Assembly (NCBI GenBank): GCA_020632715.1
Contig: JACKFA010000004.1
Location: 758,190-822,189, forward strand
Length of the DNA: 64,000 bases
Direction: 5' to 3'
Source: Deltaproteobacteria bacterium
GTDB lineage: Bacteria; Myxococcota_A; UBA9042; PHBI01
Shown here: positions 1 through 8,990 of the stretch, piece by piece
Layout of the letters: every line of letters begins with the position of its first letter
How positions within the stretch are numbered: position 1 is the stretch's first letter
The notes under the pieces: model-generated
Seen by the model: the letters and a program-made list of their open reading frames with translations, nothing else
What the model was told of the DNA's origin: nothing
Database searches by the model: none
Position numbers and translations under genes: made by a program

Positions 1-2899
1 GGGGCGCCTCCCACGCGTCCGGCGTCAGGCGCGACCCGTCGGCGAGGGGGGCCGCGCCCGGCGGCCAGGGCGTTGGCGGGTCGGCGAGCGCCGGGAGCGC
101 GCGGAACACCCAGCCCACGCCCTCGAAGAGCACGCCGACCGGGAGCCAGCCGAAGAGGTCCGCGCGGGCGGCGTCGTCGTCGGTCACGCGCGCGAGCTGG
201 CAGCCGTCGCCGACGTCGACGAGCTCCGCGGCCGCGACCTCGCGATCGCCCAGGCGCACGCGGGCGGCGCGCCAGCCGGTGGCCGCGGGGACGCAGATGG
301 ACACGGCGTGAGGCGCCCGCGTGACCGCGACGAGGCGCGCGGCGAACGCCTCGTCGAGGGCGCCCGTCGCGGGGGCGGTGACCTCGTGCAGGTGGACGGC
401 GCCGATCTTCGCCGGGCGCGGCGACATGTCGAGGCGGCTCGAGTAGCTCGCGGCGAGCGCGACGAACCGGAGCTCGGGGGCCTCCTGCGTGAGCACGAGG
501 AAGCGGTCGTCGGCGACCTGGAGCGCGCCGACGGCGATGTGCCCGGCCGGCAGGGCGAGGCGCCCGCGCAGCTCCGGGAAGACGCCCGTGTCCTCGACCC
601 GGAGCGCCGTGAGCTCGCCGGCCTGCCCCACCGCGGCGAAGCGGTACGCGCCGTCCTCGTGGGCGCGCGACACGCCGAACGCGGGGAACGCGACGCGGTC
701 GCGGACGGTGCCGTCGTCGGCGATCCAGGCGATCTCCGCGGGCTGGTCGCGCACGTAGCGGCTCAGGGACACGAGGGCGACGCCGTCCGGGAGGGTCGCG
801 GCCGCGATCATCGCGGTGTAACGGACGCCGAAGACGTCGTCCGTCGCGACCGGCACCCCGGGCACGGGCGCCGCCACGAACCCGGTCGGGAGCGACGTGT
901 CCGGCGTCTTCTCGCCGTCCCAGTCGGCGATCCACGAGCCGGCGACGGCGGTGACGAGGCTCAGGAAGCGCCCATCCCGCCACCACGAGGCGTACGCCGT
1001 GCCGCCGAGCAGCCGCTCGCCGCTCGCGCCGGGGGTCGCCTCCCGCACCTCGTTGACCCGCACCGTGTCGATGGGCGTCCAGCGCGTGCCGTCGGGGTGC
1101 ACGTAGGTGTCGAGGTGCGCGGGCGACTCGCGGCGGGTGCAGAGCTCCGGCGGGAAGGGCGTCGCGGACGGCGTCCCGTCCGGCTCGAGGTACGCGCACG
1201 CCGCGGCGAGCACGGTCTGGTTCACGGCGAGCGTCTCGCCGTTCGGCCCGAGGATCCCGTTCCGTCCGGTGCTGCGCCCGCGGACGAGGAGGTCGGTCAG
1301 CGCGTCGCCCTGGGACGACGTCACCGACCAGACGCGCTCCGGCGCGATGTCCTCGACGAGCGGGCCGTCTCCGAGCTCGGTCAGCGCGAGGTCCGGGGCC
1401 TCCTGGGGGACGGCGCCGAGGACGCCCGCGTCGGTGAGGTCGGGCGGCGCCGGGAAGCCGAGGTGCGCGAGGGTCACGGGGCGGCCGTCGGGGTCGACGA
1501 GCTCGGGGTCCTCGGCGGCGAACGGGGCGAGCTCGGGCTCCTGCGGGTCGTTGGGCGCGGGACCGTAGGAGAGCAGCGTGTCGAGGGCGTAGAGCCAGGG
1601 CTGGCCGGCGACCGGGCCGTGCCCTTCGAGGAAGTCGATGGCGCCGCGGATCCGGTAGATCTCGTCCGCCGGAGAGCGCGTCGTCGTGTGATTGCGGGGC
1701 ACCGGGACCGGCGGCCCGACCCACTCGACGCGCCACAGCACGCGCTCGCCGTAGACGGTCGCGACCGGCTGGCGCTGCGTCACCGTGAAGCGCCAGGTGT
1801 CCGCGGGATCCCAGCGCACGGCGCCGTCGGCGGCGCCGCCGTTGCCGAACGCGAAGACGCTGCCGCGCTCGAGCTGCCGGTTGGCCGTCCAGCTCATGCC
1901 GAGGCGCACCTCGCGCGGCACGAGCAGGATCGGCGGGTCGATGGGCCCGGCGTGGTCCTCGGCGAGGTAGACGTCGCCGTCGTCCGTCGCGATGACGCCC
2001 ACCCCGCCGCTGTCCGTGGCGTCGAACGAGCGGTCGAAGCGGTGGAGCACGCCGCGCGCGACGCGCCGCGCGCTGTGGGCGCTGGTGAGGTCCGGGAGGA
2101 GGCGGTTCAGGAGGTGCGCCTCGTCGAAGGCGATGGTCCGGCGGAAGGTCGGGCGGATCCCCTCGCCGAGGGGCCAGAGCGGGAGCGCGCTGGGCTCGCC
2201 GACGCCCGCGAAGAGCTGCCCCGCGACGGGCCCGGCCGCGCCTGCGTCCCCGTCGCCGCACCCGGCGAGGACGGCGGCCGCTGCGGCCGCCGCGAGCAGC
2301 GCCTCGCGGACGCGCGCCCGGCGCCGTCGCGCGCCGAGCCACCCGAGGGCGAGCAAGGCGGGGACGAGGCCCGCGCCCCCCGCGCCGCCGGACGCGCCGC
2401 AGCCGTCGTCGGCCGCGAGCGACGACGCCCTCCAGCCGCTCGGCGGGCTCGTCGAGACGCGCCCGGTCTCGCGCCAGGTCTGCTCGCCGCAGGTGATGAC
2501 GAGCGGCACGCGCTCGCCGGCGAGGTGCTCGATGACGAGCCAGGTGTGGAGCGCGCCGTACGCGAACGCGCTCGGGCCGGGGCGCCCGCGGGCGTCACGG
2601 TGGAGGCGCGGGTAGGCGTCGAAGCTCTCGTCGAGACGCGAGAGCGACACGGGGCCGGGGGTCTCGATGGTCGCGGTGACTCGCGGCGGCGGGGCGCCCG
2701 GGTCGTCGGCGACGCAGGTGGCGCGCACCTCGAGCACCCACGGGAAGCTGAGGATGGCGTCGGGATGGCCGCCCGTGTCGGGGTCGTGGTTCGGCGGCTG
2801 CGGGGTCTCGACGGTGAGCGTCTCGGCGCGGCTCGCGGGCGCAGCCCCGAGAACCAGGGCGGCCAGCGCGAGCGCGGCGAGGCCGGCAGGGCGGATCAT
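1..2899 (-). CDS. Secreted protein, 3' end beyond the window. ATG at 2899 gives the signal peptide MIRPAGLAALALAALVLGAAPASRA|ETL. At ~170-200 aa there is a MYXO-CTERM-like tail (DDGCGASGGAGGAGLVPALLALGWLGARRRR). It runs in-frame, with no stop, into a lipoprotein-type signal (ARVREALLAAAAAAAVLAGC) and a large globular region. Possibly two genes fused.
   Basis: I translated the minus strand by hand. The reading frame is open from 2899 to the window edge. The composition is protein-like (W/F/Y/H/K/N present). The plus-strand track ORF 308..4390 is the mirror frame. This ORF is absent from the track because it leaves the window. My hand reverse-complementation may contain errors. Confidence 0.5.
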   Translation of the reverse strand, partial: MIRPAGLAALALAALVLGAAPASRAETLTVETPQPPNHDPDTGGHPDAILSFPWVLEVRATCVADDPGAPPPRVTATIETPGPVSLSRLDESFDAYPRLHRDARGRPGPSAFAYGALHTWLVIEHLAGERVPLVITCGEQTWRETGRVSTSPPSGWRASSLAADDGCGASGGAGGAGLVPALLALGWLGARRRRARVREALLAAAAAAAVLAGCGDGDAGAAGPVAGQLFAGVGEPSALPLWPLGEGIRPTFRRTIAFDEAHLLNRLLPDLTSAHSARRVARGVLHRFDRSFDATDSGGVGVIATDDGDVYLAEDHAGPIDPPILLVPREVRLGMSWTANRQLERGSVFAFGNGGAADGAVRWDPADTWRFTVTQRQPVATVYGERVLWRVEWVGPPVPVPRNHTTTRSPADEIYRIRGAIDFLEGHGPVAGQPWLYALDTLLSYGPAPNDPQEPELAPFAAEDPELVDPDGRPVTLAHLGFPAPPDLTDAGVLGAVPQEAPDLALTELGDGPLVEDIAPERVWSVTSSQGDALTDLLVRGRSTGRNGILGPNGETLAVNQTVLAAACAYLEPDGTPSATPFPPELCTRRESPAHLDTYVHPDGTRWTPIDTVRVNEVREATPGASGERLLGGTAYASWWRDGRFLSLVTAVAGSWIADWDGEKTPDTSLPTGFVAAPVPGVPVATDDVFGVRYTAMIAAATLPDGVALVSLSRYVRDQPAEIAWIADDGTVRDRVAFPAFGVSRAHEDGAYRFAAVGQAGELTALRVEDTGVFPELRGRLALPAGHIAVGALQVADDRFLVLTQEAPELRFVALAASYSSRLDMSPRPAKIGAVHLHEVTAPATGALDEAFAARLVAVTRAPHAVSICVPAATGWRAARVRLGDREVAAAELVDVGDGCQLARVTDDDAARADLFGWLPVGVLFEGVGWVFRALPALADPPTPWPPGAAPLADGSRLTPDAWEAP

Positions 2900-3097
2900 C
2901 GTTCGCTCTCGGGGGTCTCGGTCACGGGATGGGCGGTGGTCACCCCGAGAGTAACGAAACAATCGCGGCATTTCGAATGGCGCGGGCACGAAACGAGAAA
3001 GCGGGCGCGCCGAGGGTTGACAGCCGGGGCGCGCTGCGGCATTCGACGAGTCCTGATATTGCGACCTATTGGTCATTGTATTTTCCGGGAGATCGTC

Positions 3098-4390
3098 ATG
3101 ACCCGTGTCCCCGTGTGCCTCGTCGCGCTGCTCACCCTCGCGCTCGCCGCGCCCGCCGCCGCGGCCGAGCCGGACGACGTCACCCTCGACGCGGCGGCGT
3201 GCGAGGGGCGGCCGCGCGTCCTCGTCCAGCACAACCGTCACTGGTCGGTCCTGTTCGGCGAGGTGAAGACGCCAGCGGAGCAGGCCGGGCTCCTCGCGTG
3301 CGCGAAGCCCGGGACGCGGGCGCGACACGACTGGGCGATCCCGGTGACGCTCGCGTTCCTCACGCGGTCGGACTACACCGGGCACGATCCCCTCGACGCG
3401 GCGCTCGGCGTCAACGCCTACCTGCGCCTGATCGCGCTGCGGCCCGACGCCGACAATCACGGGGCCAACGCCTGGTTCGCGGGGCTCGTGGCCGGCTACG
3501 AGCGCGTCGTCCCCGCCGCCGAGATGAAGGCGGCGCTCCGGGAGGCGCTCGACGCCGACGTCGCGGAGAAGCTCGCGGCGGGCGTGGACCTCGGCCTCGC
3601 GACCGCGCGGGAGGTCGCCCCCGAGGCGCCGGTGTGGCGGGAGTGGGAGGCCTACGCGGCCGAGCTCGCCGGCGTGAACCCGCTCCTCCGGGAGCTGCGG
3701 GCCGAGCTGCGCGATGGCGACGCCGCGTTGGCGCTGGCGCGGCTGGACGAGGCGCGGGCGAAGCTGCTGGCGGAGGCGAAGGACAAGGACGCGGCGGTGA
3801 AGTCGCCGGCCTTTCGCGAGCTGAGCGGCCTGGCGCGGGCCTTCGCGGCGGCGCGCGGCGTCCGACGCCCGTTCGAGCAGGCGCTCCCCGAGCCGCTCTT
3901 CCCGACCACGGCCCACGCGCGACCGCTCGAGTACCGGCTCCGCGAGCGGCCCGACTGGGCGCTCGACGGGTGGCAGCTCGGGCGCGACGCGGCGCGCGAG
4001 GGCGAGTGGAGGGCCAAGGACCCCGTGCTGGGCGGCGGCGCGAGCTACACGCTGCCGGTGAAGAAGGTCGAGGCGCGCGAGGACGGCACGACCCGGCTGA
4101 CCCTCGGCAACCGCGAGACGCTCTCCTACGCGGGGCAGTGCCGGACGGCGCTCGTCTTCATCGACGCGGCCGGGCAGGGCTGGGGAACCGACCGCTGCAC
4201 GGGCGACAGCGCCGTCCGGACCGAGGCGGGACCGGCGTCGGCGACGGTCCCGAGCGCGCAGCTCGCGGCGGCGAAGAAGGGCACCGTCGTCGAGCTGGTG
4301 GCGATCCCCGACGGCTCCGAGGCCTACCCGGTGCGGGTGTGGGACCGGCGGCTGAAGCGGGTCCTGGCGATCGGGCCGTTCGCGCTGTAG
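3098..4390 (+). CDS. Secreted hypothetical protein, 430 aa, with a Sec signal peptide (MTRVPVCLVALLTLALAAPAAAA).
   Basis: This is the 3' portion of track ORF 308..4390. The composition turns from R/G/E junk to protein-like at this ATG. Stop is TAG at 4388-4390. Confidence 0.7.
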   Translation: MTRVPVCLVALLTLALAAPAAAAEPDDVTLDAAACEGRPRVLVQHNRHWSVLFGEVKTPAEQAGLLACAKPGTRARHDWAIPVTLAFLTRSDYTGHDPLDAALGVNAYLRLIALRPDADNHGANAWFAGLVAGYERVVPAAEMKAALREALDADVAEKLAAGVDLGLATAREVAPEAPVWREWEAYAAELAGVNPLLRELRAELRDGDAALALARLDEARAKLLAEAKDKDAAVKSPAFRELSGLARAFAAARGVRRPFEQALPEPLFPTTAHARPLEYRLRERPDWALDGWQLGRDAAREGEWRAKDPVLGGGASYTLPVKKVEAREDGTTRLTLGNRETLSYAGQCRTALVFIDAAGQGWGTDRCTGDSAVRTEAGPASATVPSAQLAAAKKGTVVELVAIPDGSEAYPVRVWDRRLKRVLAIGPFAL

Positions 4391-4495
4391 CGGCCCGCTC
4401 GCGCCGCGTTCCGTGAGAAACGACGAAGGGCGACCCCTCGGGGCCGCCCTCGCGTCGTCCTTCGCCTCAGGGCCCGGGGGCCCCGACGACGCAGG

Positions 4496-6760
4496 CTACT
4501 GCGGCGCCTTCGAGATCCACGCCTTGTAGGCGTCGAGGTTCCGCGGGCGCCCGAGGAACTTCTCGACCATCGCGTCGGCGTCGACCGTGCCGCCCGGCTC
4601 GAGGATGTCGTGGCGGTACTCGAGCGCGGTCTCCTTGTTCAGGACGCCGTCCTTCTCGAAGCGCGTGAACAGGTCCTTCGAGATGGCGAGCGACCACTGG
4701 TACGTGTAGTAGAGCGCGCTGTAGCCGATGAGGTGCCCGAAGTTCGCGTAGACCTTGTCCTTCTCGTCGCGCGGGAAGGGGCTGTACTTGTTGTACATCG
4801 CGGTCGTGAACTCATCGAGGTCGAGGTCGGTCGGGTCGGCCTTGTGCAGGAAGAAGCTGTACGCCGTGTAGAAGATCTGGCGCATCAGCTGCACACCCTT
4901 CCCGAACTCGTCGGCGTCGCGCATCTTCTGCACGAGCTCGGCCGGGATGGCCTTGCCGTCCTTGTCCGTCGCGAAGCGCGCGAGCACCTCGGGGCGCCAC
5001 GCCCACTCCTCGAGGAACTGCGACGGGGCCTCGACGAAGTCCCACTCCACGTTGAAGCCCGCGAGCGAGGGGAACGTGCCCTTCCGCCCGATGAGCGCGT
5101 GCACGAGGTGCCCGAACTCGTGGAAGAACGTGACCACGTCGTCGTGCTCCATCAGCGCCTGCCCGTCGCCGTCCGCCGGGTCCGGGAAGTTGCACACCAG
5201 GCTCGCCCAGCCGAGGCGCCCGCTCTCGAGGCCCGTCTGGATGGGGAACGCCGCCGCGTGCTTGTACTTGTCGGCGCGCGGGTGCATGTCGAGGAAGAAG
5301 CGCCCCGCGGGCTGCCCGTCGACCTTGAGCTCGTAGGCGTCGACGCCCGGCGCCCACGTCGGCATGTCGAGCTTCACGAACTCGAGCCCGAAGAGCTCCG
5401 AGTAGAGGTCGAGCACGCCCTGCTTCACCTTCTCGTACGCGAAGTACGGCCGCACGCTCTGCGGGTCGAAGTCGAACTTCTCCTTGTGCACCACGGCGAT
5501 GTAGTAGAACCGGTCGTGCGCCATGATGTGCTCGGCGTCTGGCATGTCCTGCTTCTTCCGGGCGAGCAGCACCTGGAGGTCCGCGATGGTGCGCGGCTCC
5601 GTGACCTGCTTCACCTCCTTGATGAAGCTCTCCACGGTGTCCGCGGACTTCGCCATCTTGTCCTCGATGGCGTAGTCGGCCCAGCTCGCGTAGCCGAGGA
5701 GCGTCGCGAGCTCCTTCCGGAGCTTCAGCACCTCGAGCAGCACGTCGGAGTTGGCCGGGTACGCGCGCTGCGAGAACTCCTGATAGAGCGTGTGGCGCAG
5801 CTCGTCGTCCTTGACGTAGGTCTCGAACGGGAAGAAGTCCGGGTAGTCCGTCGTGACCTTGATCTTCCCGTCCACCGGCTTGTGGTTGTCGAGCCAGTCC
5901 TGCGGGAGCCCCTCGAGGCGCTTCGGGTCCTCGACCTCGATGAAGCGGACGTCGCCGTTGACGTTCTTGTCGTAGTCCTGCGAGAGCTCGACGAGGCGCG
6001 CCTGGATCTCGGCGATGCGCTTCCGCGTCGCCTCGTCCTTGTCGACGCCGGCGCGGCGGAAGTCGCGGAGCGAGTGCTCGACGAAGCGCGCGGGGATGGG
6101 CTCCATCCCGGCCGTCTGCACGCTCACGAGCGCGTCGTAGAGCTTGCGATCGAGCGACACGTCCGTCGTGAACTTGCTGAGATCCTGCTCGCACTGCTTC
6201 GCGGCGTCGCGCACGGCCTCGACCGGGTTCACGTTGAACATGAGCCCGGAGAGCCCGCTCGGCGTGTCGAGCTCGAGCTCGAGCTGGTTGAAGGCGTCGA
6301 CGAGCTCCGGCGACCCCGCCGGGAGCCCGTAGATCCGCTCGCGCACCGCCGCGGCGCGCGCGATCGACTCCTTGCAGTACGTCGCGAGCTTCTCGGCGTT
6401 CCCCCAGTCCGGGGTCTCGAGCATCTCCTTCGCGGCCGTCTCCCCGTCCTTCAGCTCCGCCGCCGCGGCGCCCGCGTCGGTCGACGGCTCCGCGGCGCCG
6501 TTCCCGGCGTCGGCCTCGGCCGGCGCGGTCGTCGGCGCGGTCGCCGCCATGCCGCCGCCACCGCCGACCACGTCCGCCACGGTCGCGGCCGGCACGTTCG
6601 GCGCCGCCGGCGCCTCGGGCTGGTGGGGCTTGCGGTCGTCGTGCGGCATGCAGCCCGAGCCGGCGAGCGCGGCGAGGGTGCCGAAGATCAGGGCCTTCTG
6701 GCCGAGGTGGCGAAGGAGCATCGAGGAGCCTCCTGACGGGGTGGCGCGATAGACCGCCAA
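4496..6760 (-). CDS. M3 family zinc metallo-oligopeptidase (thimet oligopeptidase / oligopeptidase A / Dcp-like), probable lipoprotein.
   Basis: HEFGHLVH zinc-binding motif (HExxH) in a ~750 aa protein typical of peptidase family M3. N-terminus is MLLRHLGQKALIFGTLAALAGSGC; a start at the internal Met (~6721) is possible. Confidence 0.9.
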   Translation of the reverse strand: MAVYRATPSGGSSMLLRHLGQKALIFGTLAALAGSGCMPHDDRKPHQPEAPAAPNVPAATVADVVGGGGGMAATAPTTAPAEADAGNGAAEPSTDAGAAAAELKDGETAAKEMLETPDWGNAEKLATYCKESIARAAAVRERIYGLPAGSPELVDAFNQLELELDTPSGLSGLMFNVNPVEAVRDAAKQCEQDLSKFTTDVSLDRKLYDALVSVQTAGMEPIPARFVEHSLRDFRRAGVDKDEATRKRIAEIQARLVELSQDYDKNVNGDVRFIEVEDPKRLEGLPQDWLDNHKPVDGKIKVTTDYPDFFPFETYVKDDELRHTLYQEFSQRAYPANSDVLLEVLKLRKELATLLGYASWADYAIEDKMAKSADTVESFIKEVKQVTEPRTIADLQVLLARKKQDMPDAEHIMAHDRFYYIAVVHKEKFDFDPQSVRPYFAYEKVKQGVLDLYSELFGLEFVKLDMPTWAPGVDAYELKVDGQPAGRFFLDMHPRADKYKHAAAFPIQTGLESGRLGWASLVCNFPDPADGDGQALMEHDDVVTFFHEFGHLVHALIGRKGTFPSLAGFNVEWDFVEAPSQFLEEWAWRPEVLARFATDKDGKAIPAELVQKMRDADEFGKGVQLMRQIFYTAYSFFLHKADPTDLDLDEFTTAMYNKYSPFPRDEKDKVYANFGHLIGYSALYYTYQWSLAISKDLFTRFEKDGVLNKETALEYRHDILEPGGTVDADAMVEKFLGRPRNLDAYKAWISKAPQ

Positions 6761-6814
6761 GGGCTAGCAGCCCGGCGCCCGCTCGGCAAGCCAGAACGCC
6801 ACGCCGGCGCCGTC

Positions 6815-7804
6815 TCAGCCGGCGCTGGGCGCCTCGCCGCGGTAGAGGCGCGCGATCCGCTCGCGGTGGAGGCGCAGCGGGCTGTCGAAGCGCGAGAGGC
6901 GCGTCCCGCGGAGGTCGGGGCGCGGGTCGGCGAGGCGCTCGATCATCTTGCGGTCGAGCGCCACCTCGCGCGCCGTGAGCGCCCGGAAGAGCGGCGTGAT
7001 CAGGCGGTCGAGGCCGCGCGGGGCGCGCGTCGAGTAGGGGAACACGAAGAGCTCGGTCGTGTGGGCGTCGACCGGCACGAAGAACACGGCGAGGTGCAGG
7101 CGGTCCCCCTTCGGGGCCCCCGTCGCCGCGTCCTCCCACCACTGCGCGTACACGATGTGGACGGGCGAGAAGTAGACCGTCCAGTCGTCGACGAAGGCGT
7201 CGCCGCCCGCGATGCCGAAGAGGCGCTCGACGAGCCGCGGCACGGGCTTCTGCGGGCCGCGGTTCCACACGCGGAGCCAGTCGTCGCCGCTCTCGACCTT
7301 GGTCTCGAGGTCTCCGAGGCTGTCCGGACGGTAGCCGAAGAGGGCGTGCGTCGACGGCGTGTGCTCGACCTCGCAGAAGTTGTCGACCACCGTCTCGAGC
7401 GGCGCGCGCACGCGATCCGTGAGGACGCCCGCCGCGAAGAAGCCAGCGCGGTCGAGCTCGGGGAGCGGGGCGTCGGCGCCCGCCGCCTTCACCCAGATCG
7501 CGCCGTGGCGCTCGGCGACGTCCCAGCGCCGCGCGTCGACCCTCATCCGCGGCGTGCTCGCGCTCTCGCCGACGCCGTCCGGGCCGAAGCGGTAGCCGTG
7601 GTAGGGGCAGACGAGGCGCTCGCCGTCGACCTTGCCGCAGGAGAGGCGCATGCGGCGGTGCGGGCACTCGTCGGTGAGCGCGCCGAGCGCGCCTTGTGCA
7701 GTGCGAAAGAGGACGATCTCCTCGTCCATCAAGGTCACGGAGCGCGGTCGGTACCCCAGATCTCGCGATCGCAAAACGGGGTGCCAGTGGTCGCGCTCAG
7801 CCAC
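6815..7804 (-). CDS. Rieske [2Fe-2S] non-heme iron oxygenase, PaO/Tic55/CMO-like short form.
   Basis: Rieske motif CPHRRMRLSCGKVDGERLVCPYHGYRF (CxH...CxxH) plus mononuclear-iron motif EVEHTPSTH (E/DxxHxxxxH). Start overlaps the stop of the upstream FMO gene by 8 nt. Confidence 0.85.
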   Translation of the reverse strand: MAERDHWHPVLRSRDLGYRPRSVTLMDEEIVLFRTAQGALGALTDECPHRRMRLSCGKVDGERLVCPYHGYRFGPDGVGESASTPRMRVDARRWDVAERHGAIWVKAAGADAPLPELDRAGFFAAGVLTDRVRAPLETVVDNFCEVEHTPSTHALFGYRPDSLGDLETKVESGDDWLRVWNRGPQKPVPRLVERLFGIAGGDAFVDDWTVYFSPVHIVYAQWWEDAATGAPKGDRLHLAVFFVPVDAHTTELFVFPYSTRAPRGLDRLITPLFRALTAREVALDRKMIERLADPRPDLRGTRLSRFDSPLRLHRERIARLYRGEAPSAG

Positions 7805-8990
7805 GCGCCGCCTCGCGCGTGGCGCCGACCGTCGGCTTCGTCGGCTTCTGGTCGCCGGCGATGGCGGCGGCGATGCGCTCGGCCTCGAGGGCGCTCTCGC
7901 GGAGGGCGCCGGTGGTCGGGTTCCGGAAGCCGCAGAAGTAGAGGCCGGGGATCTGCGCCTCCGCGCCGTGCACCGTGGGGTAGCCGCGGTCGTCGACCAC
8001 GCGCTCCGCGCCGTCGAGGAAGCGGTCGAGCGCCGCGCGGTAGCCGGTCGCGAGCACGATGGCGTCGAAGCGCGCGCTCTGCCCGTCGACGAAGCGCACG
8101 ACGTCGCCGTCGACGCGCTCGACCCCCTTCGTGACGCGGATCGCGCCCTTCTTGACGAGGCCGATGGTGCCGACGTCGATGAGCGGGACGCGGCCCTCGG
8201 CGGTGAGGATCTCCATGGGCCCGCGCGCCGGGCGCTCGAAGCCGAAGCGCCGGAGGTCGCCCATGACGAGCCGCACGAGCGGCGCCGACAGGCGGTCCTG
8301 CGTCTTCGGGGAGAAGCGCGAGAGCAGGATGGCCGTGCGCTGGATGGGCATGCCGAGGACGTCGCGCGGGACGACGTGCACGGGGCTCCGCACGACGATC
8401 GCCGGGCGCGCGCCGTGCTCGTGGAGGTCGACCGCGATCTCGCCGCCGGAGTTGCCGACGCCGACGACCAGCACGTCCTTGCCGGCGAAGCGGGCGCCGC
8501 TGCCGTAGGTCGCCGAGTGGACGACCTCGCCCGGGAACGCGTCGAGCCCGGGGAAGTCGGGGCGCTTCGGGACGCCGTTGTAGCCCGTCGCGACGACGAG
8601 GTGCCGCGCGAGGTAGCCGGGGCCGGGGTCGACGTCGACGCGCCAGCGCTCGCCGTCGCGGCGGGCGCGCGTGACGGTCGCGCCGAGGCGCGGCGCGATC
8701 CCGAAGCGCCGCGCGTAGCTCTCGAGGTACTCGACCACCTGCGCGCGCGAGGGATAGGTGGGCCACGCCTTCGGCATCGGGAAGCGCGGCAGCGACGACC
8801 ACGGCCGCGCCGTGTGGAGGTGGAGCCGCTCGTAGTGGGTGCGCCAGGCGGAGCCGACGGCGGTGGCGCGGTCGAGGACGACGTGGTCCACGCCGGCCTC
8901 GCCGAGGCAGGCGGCCACGGCGAGCCCGCTCGGGCCGGCGCCGATGACGAGCGTGTCGACGGTGACGGCGTCGCCCGCGGCGTCCGTCAC
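7797..8990 (-). CDS. Flavin-containing monooxygenase (FMO/YUCCA-like), 397 aa, GTG start.
   Basis: FAD motif GAGPSG, NADPH motif GVGNSG, and FMO-identifying motif FPGEVVHSATY (FxGxxxHxxxY). The real part is the C-terminal 397 aa of track ORF 7797..10799. The GTG start overlaps the TGA of the upstream methyltransferase (GTGA). Confidence 0.85.
   Translation of the reverse strand: MTDAAGDAVTVDTLVIGAGPSGLAVAACLGEAGVDHVVLDRATAVGSAWRTHYERLHLHTARPWSSLPRFPMPKAWPTYPSRAQVVEYLESYARRFGIAPRLGATVTRARRDGERWRVDVDPGPGYLARHLVVATGYNGVPKRPDFPGLDAFPGEVVHSATYGSGARFAGKDVLVVGVGNSGGEIAVDLHEHGARPAIVVRSPVHVVPRDVLGMPIQRTAILLSRFSPKTQDRLSAPLVRLVMGDLRRFGFERPARGPMEILTAEGRVPLIDVGTIGLVKKGAIRVTKGVERVDGDVVRFVDGQSARFDAIVLATGYRAALDRFLDGAERVVDDRGYPTVHGAEAQIPGLYFCGFRNPTTGALRESALEAERIAAAIAGDQKPTKPTVGATREAARG

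Noticed and set aside
308-3097. First 2.8 kb of the 1360 aa plus-strand ORF 308..4390, and ORF 2929..4416.
   Set aside because: R/G/E/D-rich junk that mirrors the minus-strand secreted-protein gene. Only the 3' 430 codons (3098..4390) look like real protein.
4812-7667. 951 aa minus-strand ORF, and the 708 aa plus-strand ORF 4610..6736, overlapping the M3 peptidase and Rieske genes.
   Set aside because: Composition is almost only R/G/A/P/D/E/H with no hydrophobic stretches. They are the alternate or mirror frames of clearly real genes, as is typical in 70% GC DNA.
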